From the NCBI GenBank assembly GCA_965213685.1, contig CBDBZY010000024.1, forward strand, positions 1-64,000: 64,000 bases of DNA. The letters are read 5' to 3'. A program made the position numbers and the translations under genes. This document shows positions 21,300-30,974 of this stretch, piece by piece (position 1 is the first letter of the stretch; each line of letters opens with the position of its first letter). Under the pieces are notes generated by a model. That model made no database searches. It was not told the DNA's origin and saw nothing but the letters and a program-made list of their open reading frames with translations. Source of the DNA: a bacterium (GTDB taxonomy: Bacteria > UBA8248).

Positions 21300-23069
21300 A
21301 TGGAACGCCGACGCGCCCGCCTCGAAGCGCTCGCCCAGGTGACGGCGCACGACTACGATCTCGCCCTGCTGTTCGGCTCCCAGGGGAAACCCGAGGAGGC
21401 CGCCGTCTGCATCGAGGACCCGGAGAAAACCCTGGCGCGCCTAGGCGGCGACCTCGACGACGAGCGCGTCCTGAGATACCAGAAGGGCATGACGCTCATC
21501 GAGGTGGCCCACAAGCTCCAGGGAACGTTTCGCTGGGCGGGGCGCGCCGTGCTCGCAAACCGCGAGAGGCCGGGTCTTTTCCACCTCTGGCACACGCTCG
21601 AGGACGCCAGGTGCGAAAATCGTCTCGCGGAATCCCTGCCCGGCACCAAAAAGAACTTCCGGGCCTTCATTCGTCCGGCCATCGAGGCCGCCGAGCGGAA
21701 TCACGCGCGCGGAGAGCTCCCCCTGTTTCTCCAGATTCAATGGGGAATCTACCTCGGCGGCATCGGCCAGACGCCCGGCGTCGCCTCGTCAAACCCCGAG
21801 GATTTGCCCGCAGCCTGGTTCGACCCCGTCATCGTCCAGATACTCCAGGGAATCGCGCCGCTGATCGATCGCGCCTGTGCCGCGAAAAACCCCAAAACCA
21901 CCTTCGACTGCGCGAACGAGATGTACGACGCCATCCAGCGATATTTCACCGAAGACCAGCTGGGCGAGATGATGGACGAACAGCAGCTCTCGGAGATTCC
22001 GGAGGAAATTCTCCGGAAGATCGAGAACGAAAGCATCCGGGGGGAGGAGGACGAATCGCTCGAGGCGCTGCACGCGGAGGCACTCGAGGAGGTCGACGAG
22101 GAGGAGGGGGAGCCGGTCGAGCTGACGCCCGAGGAACTCGCCGCCCTCGGGCATTGGGCCTCCCCGTGGTTTGAGCGCGAGGGGAACAAGAAGGAGGTCC
22201 ACCCGACGGCGCAGCATCCCGACGAGCGTACCATCATACTGCCCCCCGAGGGCAAGGCCGAGGAATACGCGGCGATCATCGACAACGCGGGCAGCCACAT
22301 CAAGGTGCTGGCGTGGAAGCTGACGCAGATCATCCAGGAGAGAACCTATACCCGCTTCAGCGGTTCCCATCGCTCCGGCAAGCTGAACCTCCCCAAACTC
22401 TGGAAGCAGCGCCTGGGAAAATTCCATCTCTTCCACCGAAAAGAAGAACCCGAGAAACTCGACGTCTGCTTCACGCTCCTCGTGGACGAGAGCGGCAGCA
22501 TGAACCGCGAGTCGAAATACGTCGCCGCGCGGGAGGCGACCATATTCTTCGCGGAAGTTCTCGACCGGCTGGAGGTGCCCTTCGAGGTGATCGGCTATTC
22601 CACCGAGAGCTCCGAGGCGGCCATGGCGGCGGCCCTGGGACACATCCCCGCGTTCAAGTTCCGGCACATCAGGCACTCTCCGCTCCAGCACCGCATCTAC
22701 AAGGGCTTCGAGGACAGCTTCTCCCAGGTCAGGCATCGGCTCGTCAACATTTATCCGCGCTTCAACAACTGGGACGAGGAACATCTGCTGTTCGCCCACC
22801 GCAGGCTCATGCAGCGGCCGGAGGAGGAGAAGATCATCATCATCACGTCGGACGGCCAGCCCAACGGAGACGCGACCCACCTCGTGAGCACGGTCAACCG
22901 CCTGGAAAAACTCGGCGTCCGGGTCATCGGCGTCGGCGTGGTGGACCCGTTCGTGGAGCAAATCTACCCGAACCACATCGTGGTGCAGGACCTCTCCCAG
23001 CTTTCCACGGAGCTCGTGAACATCTTGAGACGCGAGCTGCTCGGCGGTGCGGAGAGCCGCTCTTGGTAG
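21300..23069 (+). CDS. VWA-domain protein, CobT/NorD/CbbO-like
   Basis: LEDARCE N-terminal motif, acidic linker, SGKLN, MIDAS LVDESGSM and ITSDGQP. Confidence 0.85.
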   Translation: MERRRARLEALAQVTAHDYDLALLFGSQGKPEEAAVCIEDPEKTLARLGGDLDDERVLRYQKGMTLIEVAHKLQGTFRWAGRAVLANRERPGLFHLWHTLEDARCENRLAESLPGTKKNFRAFIRPAIEAAERNHARGELPLFLQIQWGIYLGGIGQTPGVASSNPEDLPAAWFDPVIVQILQGIAPLIDRACAAKNPKTTFDCANEMYDAIQRYFTEDQLGEMMDEQQLSEIPEEILRKIENESIRGEEDESLEALHAEALEEVDEEEGEPVELTPEELAALGHWASPWFEREGNKKEVHPTAQHPDERTIILPPEGKAEEYAAIIDNAGSHIKVLAWKLTQIIQERTYTRFSGSHRSGKLNLPKLWKQRLGKFHLFHRKEEPEKLDVCFTLLVDESGSMNRESKYVAAREATIFFAEVLDRLEVPFEVIGYSTESSEAAMAAALGHIPAFKFRHIRHSPLQHRIYKGFEDSFSQVRHRLVNIYPRFNNWDEEHLLFAHRRLMQRPEEEKIIIITSDGQPNGDATHLVSTVNRLEKLGVRVIGVGVVDPFVEQIYPNHIVVQDLSQLSTELVNILRRELLGGAESRSW

Positions 23070-23899
23070 CGGGCGGGGGCCTCCTCCAGGCGGCGGACAT
23101 CCAGCCGGGCCACGTCGTCGCGGCGGTCGGGGCGGGCGGAAAAACAAGCCTGTTGACGGCGCTCGCCAGAGAGTTTCACGCAGCATCCGGGAAACCCGCC
23201 ATCCTCACGACGACCACCAGGATTTTCGCGCCGCACCCGGAGGAGGGCATCCCGCTGGCACTGGGGGAGGTCGACGCCTTCGCAAGGCATCTCCGCCGTT
23301 GCGTGAACGCGCGCGGAATCTTCTGGCTCGCCCGCCGCCGCGAGGGGAGGACGCCCGTCCCCGGCCAGGCGGGGGAGCACCGGATGAAGCTGGCCGGCTT
23401 CGCGCCGCCGGAAATCGCCGGCCTCCGGCTCGAGGGCGGCCTCGCGCTCATAGAGGCGGATGGCGCGCGGAGGCTGCCCATCAAGGCACCCGGCGCGCAT
23501 GAGCCCGTCCTGCCCGAAAACGCGGACGTCGTACTCGGCCTCGTCGGTCTGGACGCCCTGGGCGCGCCCCTGGACGAAGCGCACGTTTTTCGCCCCGGAC
23601 TGCTCTCCGGGATATGCCGCCTGCCCGTGGGCGCGAAGATAACGGCCGAGTCCGTCGGGAGGCTGTGCGCCCATCCGGAGGGGCTTTTCCGGAAGGCGGG
23701 ACCGCACGCCCGCAAGTGGGTCATCCTGAACAAGGCGGACGCGGAAACCCGGGTGGATACATTCCGAAAAATCGCATATACTATATGGAAGCGGGCCGGG
23801 CCGCCCCATGGCCCGGCGGATGGCGTCCTCGTCACATCGTGCCGCAAGGGCGAATGCAGCGTATTGTTTCGCATGGCGGGGGACGCGCGCGCAGGATGA
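23063..23899 (+). CDS. yqeC: selenium cofactor biosynthesis protein YqeC
   Basis: VGAGGKTSL, LTTTTRI, IEADGARRLPIKAPGAHEP, HPEGLFR, ILNKAD. Confidence 0.88.
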   Translation: MVAGGGLLQAADIQPGHVVAAVGAGGKTSLLTALAREFHAASGKPAILTTTTRIFAPHPEEGIPLALGEVDAFARHLRRCVNARGIFWLARRREGRTPVPGQAGEHRMKLAGFAPPEIAGLRLEGGLALIEADGARRLPIKAPGAHEPVLPENADVVLGLVGLDALGAPLDEAHVFRPGLLSGICRLPVGAKITAESVGRLCAHPEGLFRKAGPHARKWVILNKADAETRVDTFRKIAYTIWKRAGPPHGPADGVLVTSCRKGECSVLFRMAGDARAG

Positions 23900-23921
23900 C
23901 GCACCCCGATGGGAGCCAGGA

Positions 23922-25068
23922 ATGAGCAAAGACGTATTCAGGGAGATGGCCCGCCTCAGAGAAGACGGCCAAACGGGCGCGCTCGCCACCGTCGTGGCGC
24001 GCAAGGGTTCGGCGCCCATGAGCGGCGACGCGAAAATGCTTGTGCGCGAAGACGGCAGCACGGAGGGCACCGTCGGGGGCGGTTGCCTGGAGGCCGAGGT
24101 CTGGGAGACGGCGATGAGCGTTCTGGAGACGGGCGAACCCGAGAAGCTCACCTTCGACCTCACCCAGCAGGAGGCGGAAGACAGCGGGCACATATGCGGC
24201 GGCGTGGTGGAAATACTGGTGGAGCCGTTTCGGGCGTTTCAGCAGGAACTGCTCGACGAGATCAACCAAATCCGCAACCGGGGCGGCAGCGCGGCGCTCG
24301 CCACCATCGTGCAGCCGGGCGCTCTGGAGGTTCCGACCCCGGAGGCCCGAAAAATGCTTTTCCGGCGCGACGGCAGCGCCGTGGGAGAAATTCCGCACTA
24401 TTCGGCGGAGATCTGGGCGGAGAGCACGCAAATCATCCGGCAGGGCAACCCGACCCTTTTGCATTTCAACAGGGACCCCGCGCGCGCGAGGCAAAAAAGG
24501 CCCGCGCCCGGGGAGGCCACGGAGATTTTCGTCGAACCGATTTCCAGCCAGCCCCTCGTCTACATTTTCGGCGGCGGGCACGTATCCTTCTGCGTCGCGC
24601 AGACGGCTTACATCGCCGGCTTCCGGGTCGCGATCGTGGAGGACAGGCCCTCGTTCGCGAACGAGGAGCGCTTCCCGATGGCGGAGGCGTTCTACGTGGG
24701 AGAATTCCCCGATGTTTTCGAGAAAATTCCCGTCGATGAGGCGGACTACATGGCCATCATCACCCGAGGCCACGCGAACGATGAGGTCGTCCTGGAATGG
24801 GCGATGAAAACGAAGGCGCGCTACATCGGGATGATCGGCTCGAAGAGCAAGGTGTTGCTCACGTATCGCCACCTCCAGGACAAGGGCTACGGGAGGGACG
24901 AGCTCATCCGGCGCGTCCACGCGCCCATCGGCCTGGACATCGGCGCCGACACGCCGGGGGAGATCGGGGGTGGCCATCGTCTCGGAGCTCATCCGCTATC
25001 GCCGCCAAGGCGAGGCGAGAGACGGGAGCGTGGGCAGCAAAAGGGTGCGCCTGAGAAGAAGAGCGTAG
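23922..25068 (+). CDS. XdhC/CoxF-family molybdenum hydroxylase maturation factor (frameshift near 24965)
   Basis: LATVVARKGSAP, GTVGGGCLEAEV, ICGG, FGGGHV, TRGH, YIGMIGS, HAPIGLDIGADTP. Confidence 0.9.
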
Positions 25069-25143
25069 TTTTCCCGCCGCAGCGCGCACCCGGGAGGAGC
25101 CCGCCAAAATCCATACGCCCGCAACGCGACCGCTCCCGAAAAC

Positions 25144-25905
25144 GTGAACTATCTCCGCGCGCTCCTGGGGGCGGCGGCGGATTTGCTCATCCCGCCGAAG
25201 TGCCTCCTTTGCCTGGTGCCCATGCGAATCGGCGACCCCCCGCGCCATATGCGCGCCCTGTGCGGACGCCCTGGAGCGGTTCGCGCCCCCCCTGGTGTCC
25301 CATGTGCGGCGCGCCCTTCTCCTCCCAAATCGCCCTCCGCCATTCCCCCGCGCACGTCTGCGCGCGGTGCCAGGAGGATCCCCCGCATTTCGACAGGGCG
25401 CGCGCCCTCGGCGCTTTCGAGGGGTTCCCTGCGAGAGCTGGTGCACATGTTCAAGTTCGAGGGGCTTCACCAAGATTCGCGCGCGAGCTGGCGCCCCCAC
25501 CTCGCCAAACTCGCGGCCGATGAGTTCGGCGTGGACGAGCGGATGGAGAACGTCGTCGTGACGCACGTGCCGATTGACCCGGCGCGCTGGAAAACCCGGG
25601 GCTTCGACCAATCGCTGCTGCTCGCCCTCCGGACGGCGAAGCTCCTGGGCGCACCGCACGCGCATTGCCTGGAGCGCGTGCGCTCCACCCGCTCCCAGAC
25701 GGGATTGTCCGCGCGGGAGAGGCGGCGCAACCTGCGCGGCGTATTCCGGGTCCGCTCCGGCCGCACCCGCCAGCAAATCGAATCGGCCACATGTCTTTTG
25801 ATCGACGACGTCGTCACCACCGGCTCGACCGCCTCGGCGTGCGCCCGGGAGTTGAAAAAGGCGGGCGCCGACGCGGTGTGCCTCCTCACCGTCTGCCGCG
25901 CGTGA
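25144..25905 (+). CDS. ComF-family protein (zinc ribbons plus PRT domain; frameshifted)
   Basis: PPKCLLC, CPMCG, CARC, RGFDQS, ERRRNL, LLIDDVVTTGST. Confidence 0.85.
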   Translation: MNYLRALLGAAADLLIPPKCLLCLVPMRIGDPPRHMRALCGRPGAVRAPPGVPCAARPSPPKSPSAIPPRTSARGARRIPRISTGRAPSALSRGSLRELVHMFKFEGLHQDSRASWRPHLAKLAADEFGVDERMENVVVTHVPIDPARWKTRGFDQSLLLALRTAKLLGAPHAHCLERVRSTRSQTGLSARERRRNLRGVFRVRSGRTRQQIESATCLLIDDVVTTGSTASACARELKKAGADAVCLLTVCRA

Positions 25906-26039
25906 TTTTTGAATTTTTGCTGCGCAGGGATCATCATTATCATCCGGTGCCCTTCAACGGAAGCATTTCGAGCATCCGGGGCAAAAATTGCGAATGTTTA
26001 CTCCGGTCGACGGAAAAGATAGTCTGGTGTCGTCTGAAA

Positions 26040-26271
26040 GGCGAAGACCTACAAGGAGCGGCCCACTCGAGAGACCAGTTTCTATATGCGGGAAGTGGAG
26101 CGCGTGTGCAATCAGACCGCCAATTCACAGGACATCGAGGCAAAATTCCTGGAGGCGTGGATTCCGGAACGGGTCGGTGTCAAGAGAGCAATCACATCGG
26201 GAGGCGTCCCTCCCGAGTTGGTGAATCCCTTCAAGGTTCTTTGGCGCGAAGTCATGGAGTATATCCAGTGA
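26040..26271 (+). pseudogene. truncated ORF fragment, possibly the C-terminus of a ParA-like ATPase
   Basis: KAKTYKERPTRETSFYMREV...FLEAWIPERVGVKRA...FKVLWREV with upstream in-frame stops; lower GC. Confidence 0.3.
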
Positions 26272-26741
26272 GCAAAATCGCGTTCCGAAACCAACGGGAA
26301 GAATTAGAACAACTGATTCAAGAGATAGAGTCTGTCAAAAGCACCATCAAAGACGTTGGTGCCACAGTGAGCCGAATCGAGCGACATGTCCGGAGAGCTT
26401 TCGACGTTCCGAAGCCATCAAAAGAAAAAAGTGCAGGCAAGAAATCTGGTAAACTTGCAAAGGCCCAACCTGAAACTCTGACGATCTCGGCGAACGAGGC
26501 ATTGAAGGTCTTTGATGAGTTGTCGATTTTATTCGGTGAAGGCCAAGGCGGCGCCGTCGAGGATCGACTTCAAAAGATGGCGATTCCCGACCTCCGGCTT
26601 CTGGCCAAGGAACTCGGAGTAACATTTCGCTCTCGCCCTTCCAAGAAAAAACTTTGCTCCGGAATCATCGGACGGATTAACGAGAGAGCGATGCTTTCAA
26701 AGAATGTAAATATCACTCGGCCCCAAGGTGAAATAGCCTGA
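26268..26741 (+). CDS. hypothetical protein (N-terminal coiled coil, small helical C-domain)
   Basis: GTG start after GGAG, overlapping the previous stop; lower GC and A-rich codons. Confidence 0.6.
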   Translation: MSKIAFRNQREELEQLIQEIESVKSTIKDVGATVSRIERHVRRAFDVPKPSKEKSAGKKSGKLAKAQPETLTISANEALKVFDELSILFGEGQGGAVEDRLQKMAIPDLRLLAKELGVTFRSRPSKKKLCSGIIGRINERAMLSKNVNITRPQGEIA

Positions 26742-26821
26742 ATTTGTGCCACCGCCCATGTTGGAGCGTATTGTCGGGCGTGGGGCAGTGGGAGATATTG
26801 CCATTCTAGATGAACGCACCC

Positions 26822-27852
26822 CTAGGCGTTTTTCGCCATCCGGGCGGCGAGGAGGAGTGCGTCCACCATGCTGGAGGGATCGGCGACGCCTTGCCCGGCG
26901 ATGGGAAACCCCGTCCCGTGCTCCACCGAGGTGCGGATGATGGGCAAGCCCAGCGTGACGTTCACGCCCCGGACGGCTCCCCGCCCCTGCGAGTCGAAGC
27001 GAAAGCACATGAGTTTTCCCGGAATATGTCCCTGATCGTGGTACATCGCCACCACCCCCGTCGTAGCAGCCGCCCCGCAGCTTCCCGAATATGGTGTCCG
27101 GCGGCTCGGGGCCGTGCGCGTCCACCCCCATCTCTCTCAAATCGGAGACGGCGGGCGCGATTTCCTCGAGCTCCTCCCTCCCGAACAGGCCGGATTCGCC
27201 GGCGTGCGGGTTCAGCCCGGCGACGCCGATCCTAGGCTTTTTGCGGATGAGCGAACGCAGGGCGTCGTCCAGCACCCGCGCCACGTAGACGATCCGCTTT
27301 CGCTTCACGCGCCGCAGCGCCACGCGGAGCGGGCAATGGGTGGATACGTGCGCGATGCGCATTTTCCGGTGGGCCAGCATCATCACGGGCCGCCCGCCGC
27401 CGCACAAGGCGGCGAGCATCTCGGTATGTCCCGGGTAGTCGTAGCCCCCGGCGCGCAGGGATTCCTTGCTTATCGGCGCCGTCGTCATGGCGTCCGCCCG
27501 GCCGGCGCGCACCATCGAGACGGCCCTCTCGATATACTGGCCCGCCGCCTCTCCCAGCTCGGGCGCCGCTTTTCCGAACGCCCGGCTTCGGGGAGCGACG
27601 TTTTTCAAGTCCGCCACGGGCGTGCGCGCCTGCGCCTGAGCAGGCAGCGGCGCACTCTCGTCCGCGACCGGCTCCAGCCGGGCCGGAATGTGCATCCGCC
27701 GGGCGTGATCCTCCAAAACCGCCATGTCGCCAACGATGAGGGGGGACGCACCTTGCCTGAACGCGCGCATCCCGGACGGCCTTCAGGCAAACCTCGGGAC
27801 CGACCCCCGCCGGATCCCCCATGGTCAGCGCGATTACAGGGCGTCGTTTCAA
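26822..27852 (-). CDS. pdxA: 4-hydroxythreonine-4-phosphate dehydrogenase family (frameshifted)
   Basis: [56 protein letters not shown]. Confidence 0.9.
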
Positions 27853-28000
27853 GAAGGCTCCCTCTCCCTTGTTGCGCGGCCGCATCGCCGCGACGCCCGA
27901 CCCGGCCAACGCGCCTCTTCGGGCGGCGGCGCATTTCGCCGGGCAGCCTTGACTCGGGCTGCGCACCATCCGCAAGATGCCCCGCTCAATATGAAAGAAC

Positions 28001-28537
28001 ATGACGTTCCCATCAAGAGGAAAATCCTTGAGCGGAAAAGGCGCAAGCGCAAAGCGGACCGTCCGGAAACTTCACGCGCTCGGCTTCACGCACGTCTTGA
28101 TGATCCCCGACAGCGAGAGCCGCCTGCTGTACCAGGCACTCGAGGACGACGCGAAAATCGACCTGATCACCCCCTGCCGGGAAGGCGAATCGATAGCCAT
28201 CGCGGCCGGCCTGTGGACGGGTGGACAAAAGCCGCTGCTCGTGATCCAGAACACCGGGCTGATGGAGGCCGGAGACGCCCTGAGAGGCTGCGGGGTGGGG
28301 CCCAGGGTGCCCCTGCGGATGATGGTCGGCTGGCGAGGCTATGGCGGGGCGATGGCGGGCAAGCTGCCGATCGACTCGGCCTATCCCTTCACCGAGCCGC
28401 TTCTGGCGGCGTGGAAAATTCCCACCTGGCACCTCATGTCGGACGATGATCTGGGAGCGCTCGGGTTGATGGACCAAACCGCGTCGGCCACCTCGCATCC
28501 GGCGGCCGTCATCACCGGCTACGGGTTCCGGCCATAG
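28001..28537 (+). CDS. sulfopyruvate/phosphonopyruvate decarboxylase alpha-like subunit (TPP N-domain)
   Basis: IPDS, PCREGESIAIAAG, IQNTGL, GWRG. Confidence 0.75.
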   Translation: MTFPSRGKSLSGKGASAKRTVRKLHALGFTHVLMIPDSESRLLYQALEDDAKIDLITPCREGESIAIAAGLWTGGQKPLLVIQNTGLMEAGDALRGCGVGPRVPLRMMVGWRGYGGAMAGKLPIDSAYPFTEPLLAAWKIPTWHLMSDDDLGALGLMDQTASATSHPAAVITGYGFRP

Positions 28538-28551
28538 GAGGACGAGTCCCC

Positions 28552-29136
28552 TTGATGGAGCGCATGGAATTGTTTCGGGCGGTGGCGAAGCGAAGAACGG
28601 AGGAGATTGTGGTCATGACGATGACGGCGACCCTGCAGTGGCCGCAAGTTTCCAGGAGTGCGCTGGATTTCGATTTTCTGGCGTTCGGCATGGGGCACGC
28701 CGCCGATTTCGGCCTCGGCCTCGCCATCGCGCGGCCCGAGCGAAAAACCATCGTCTGGAAGGGCGACGGGGGGATGCTGATGAGCCTCGGCTCGCTGGTG
28801 ACGCTGGCCCGCTACGGGCCGGAGAACCTGATCGTGTTCCTGCTCGAAAACAGGAGCTACGAGATGGTGGGCGGACAAAAACTCCCGCCGCGGGTGGATT
28901 TCGTCGAGCTCGCCCGCGCTGCCGGCTTCGAGGGCGGGGGCGCAACGGGAAAGGGCAAGGTGGCGCGGCTGGATACCCTGGAGTCGTTTCAGGACGCCCT
29001 CCCCCGGATACTCGCCGAGGCCGGCCCCCATTTCGTCGTCTTGCCGGTCACGAACCGGGAGAAACTCCCGCCCGTGAACCACTCCGATCACGCGCGCAGA
29101 ATCCAAACCCTCCGGGAGGCGCTGGACGTCTCCTGA
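28552..29136 (+). CDS. sulfopyruvate/phosphonopyruvate decarboxylase beta-like subunit (TPP-binding)
   Basis: GMGHA, GDGGMLMSLGSL, ENRSYEMVGGQ. Confidence 0.8.
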   Translation: MMERMELFRAVAKRRTEEIVVMTMTATLQWPQVSRSALDFDFLAFGMGHAADFGLGLAIARPERKTIVWKGDGGMLMSLGSLVTLARYGPENLIVFLLENRSYEMVGGQKLPPRVDFVELARAAGFEGGGATGKGKVARLDTLESFQDALPRILAEAGPHFVVLPVTNREKLPPVNHSDHARRIQTLREALDVS

Positions 29137-29244
29137 GCGGGCGGACTCCGCCTTTCCGACGGAATCTCTGTTTCCCTGCCGAGAGCGGCCCCGCCGGGGG
29201 TGCGCGGTGCGCGCAGGGTTCACCGAACGGGCGGCCAGAGGGAC

Positions 29245-29934
29245 TCAGCGGTGCGCGAGTATGCCCTCCAGCTCCTCGAGCGAGCGGATTTCCGCGTCGA
29301 TCTCGTGCGGAACGCGCTCTTTTTTCTGGGAGAACCGGTTGACCCAGACGACGCGAAACCCGAAATGCGACGCGCCGGCGACGTCCCAGCCATTGGAGGA
29401 GAAGAAGCAAATCCTCCCGGCGGGCACGCGGAGCCCGTCCACCGCCAACTGATAGACGGATGGATGCGTCTTGAATGTCCCGACGCTTTCGACGGAGAAC
29501 ACCGCCTCGAGATATTCCCCGATTCCGGCGTTTTTCACCGCGCTATCCAGCATTTCGGGAGAGCCGTTGGAGAGAATCGCGGCCCGCACCCGCCTCTCCC
29601 GCAGCCCTCCGAGCACGCCCCGCACCTCGGGATAGGCGCGCAGCCTCTTGTAGAGCATCATCAACTCTTCCCGCAGTTCCGGGCTTCCCATCCCCAGGGT
29701 ATCCAGGGCGAAGTCGAGGGCGTCGCCCGTCACCCGCCAAAAATCCGCATGGCAGCCCATCAGGCTTCTCAGCCAGGTGTATTCAATCTGCTTCGTCCGC
29801 CAGAGGGAGGAGAGTGCCTGCCACCGCGCGCCCAGGTCGGACCGCTTTTCCGCCGCCGCCGCGGACACGTCGAACAAGGTGCCGTAGGCGTCGAACACAC
29901 AGGCGTCGATCTCGTGCTCGTTCAGCAGGAGCAT
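29245..29934 (-). CDS. haloacid dehalogenase, type II
   Basis: VFDAYGTLFDV, WRTKQIEY, LSNGS, SSNGWDVAGA. Confidence 0.92.
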   Translation of the reverse strand: MLLLNEHEIDACVFDAYGTLFDVSAAAAEKRSDLGARWQALSSLWRTKQIEYTWLRSLMGCHADFWRVTGDALDFALDTLGMGSPELREELMMLYKRLRAYPEVRGVLGGLRERRVRAAILSNGSPEMLDSAVKNAGIGEYLEAVFSVESVGTFKTHPSVYQLAVDGLRVPAGRICFFSSNGWDVAGASHFGFRVVWVNRFSQKKERVPHEIDAEIRSLEELEGILAHR

Positions 29935-29970
29935 CTCTCCGTCCTCCCCGGAACGCGCGGCCATTCCGCC

Positions 29971-30945
29971 CTAGGGCACCAGGTTCACCTTGCCCAGGAA
30001 CTGCCCGCTCAGCAGAAGCGCGTGCGAGTCGTTCGCCCTCTCCAGCGGAAGCTCCCGCCCGATGTGGGGGCGGATGGCTCCTCCTTCCAGCAGGGGGTGC
30101 AGACGCCTCAGGATGCCCGGGACGAGAGGCCCCAGATTTCCCGAGGAGAGCGCCAGAATCCTGGCGTCCCGGCCCATGGCCGCCGGCAGCGGGATCGTCA
30201 CCTCCGGCCCTTTCCCCGTCCCCGTTCCCACGATGACGATGCGGCCGTCAATCGCGTTGAGCCGCAAATCGGCGGGCAAATTCTCGCAGCCCGCGGTTTC
30301 CACGACGACGTCGACGCCCCTGCCGGAAGTCAGGGACATCACGCGCTCGGGCACATCCTCCTCCCTGTAGTTGATGGCCGCCTCGGCACCGGCCGCCAGG
30401 CAGAAATCCGCCTTCTCCGCCGAGCTCACGGTGGCGAACGTCCGGCAGCCCATCACGCGGGCGAGCTGAATCGCCAGATAGCCCACGCCGCCCGCACCGC
30501 CCTGCACGAGCACGCAATCGCCCGGAGCCGCCTCTCCCTTCACCGCCAGGGCGTTCCAGGCGGTGAGCAGCGGAATCGGCAACGCGGCACCCTCGGCGAA
30601 GGACATCGCATCGGGCAGCTTTCCGGTGAGAGCGGCGGGCAGCAGCCCCTTTTCGGCATACGCACCCGTGGAGGTGCGGCCCCACACCCGATCGCCCGGT
30701 GCGAACGCATCGACGCCCTCGCCCACCGCCTCCACCTCGCCGGCGACGTCCGTGCCGCACGTGTAGGGCAGATTCATCGCCCCCGCGCGCGGATGCTTCC
30801 CCGAGCGTATCGCCACCTCCAGGGGATTGACCCCGGCGGCCGCTATGCGCACCAGAAGCTCGCCCGGGCCGGGTCTCGGCGCATCCACATCCTCCAGAAC
30901 CATCGGATGCTCCAGTCCGAATCGGGTCACCCTCATTGCTCTCAT
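29971..30945 (-). CDS. NADPH:quinone reductase (zeta-crystallin/MDR family)
   Basis: AAGVNP, GAYAE, QGGAGGVG, GKVNL. Confidence 0.9.
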   Translation of the reverse strand: MRAMRVTRFGLEHPMVLEDVDAPRPGPGELLVRIAAAGVNPLEVAIRSGKHPRAGAMNLPYTCGTDVAGEVEAVGEGVDAFAPGDRVWGRTSTGAYAEKGLLPAALTGKLPDAMSFAEGAALPIPLLTAWNALAVKGEAAPGDCVLVQGGAGGVGYLAIQLARVMGCRTFATVSSAEKADFCLAAGAEAAINYREEDVPERVMSLTSGRGVDVVVETAGCENLPADLRLNAIDGRIVIVGTGTGKGPEVTIPLPAAMGRDARILALSSGNLGPLVPGILRRLHPLLEGGAIRPHIGRELPLERANDSHALLLSGQFLGKVNLVP

Positions 30946-30974
30946 CGCGCGCCTCCCCCTTCCTTACTCCGGGT

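Noticed and set aside
20401-23069. cobS/cobT cobaltochelatase or norQ/norD gene names
   Set aside because: No cobN, cobalamin or nor genes nearby; family-level similarity only.
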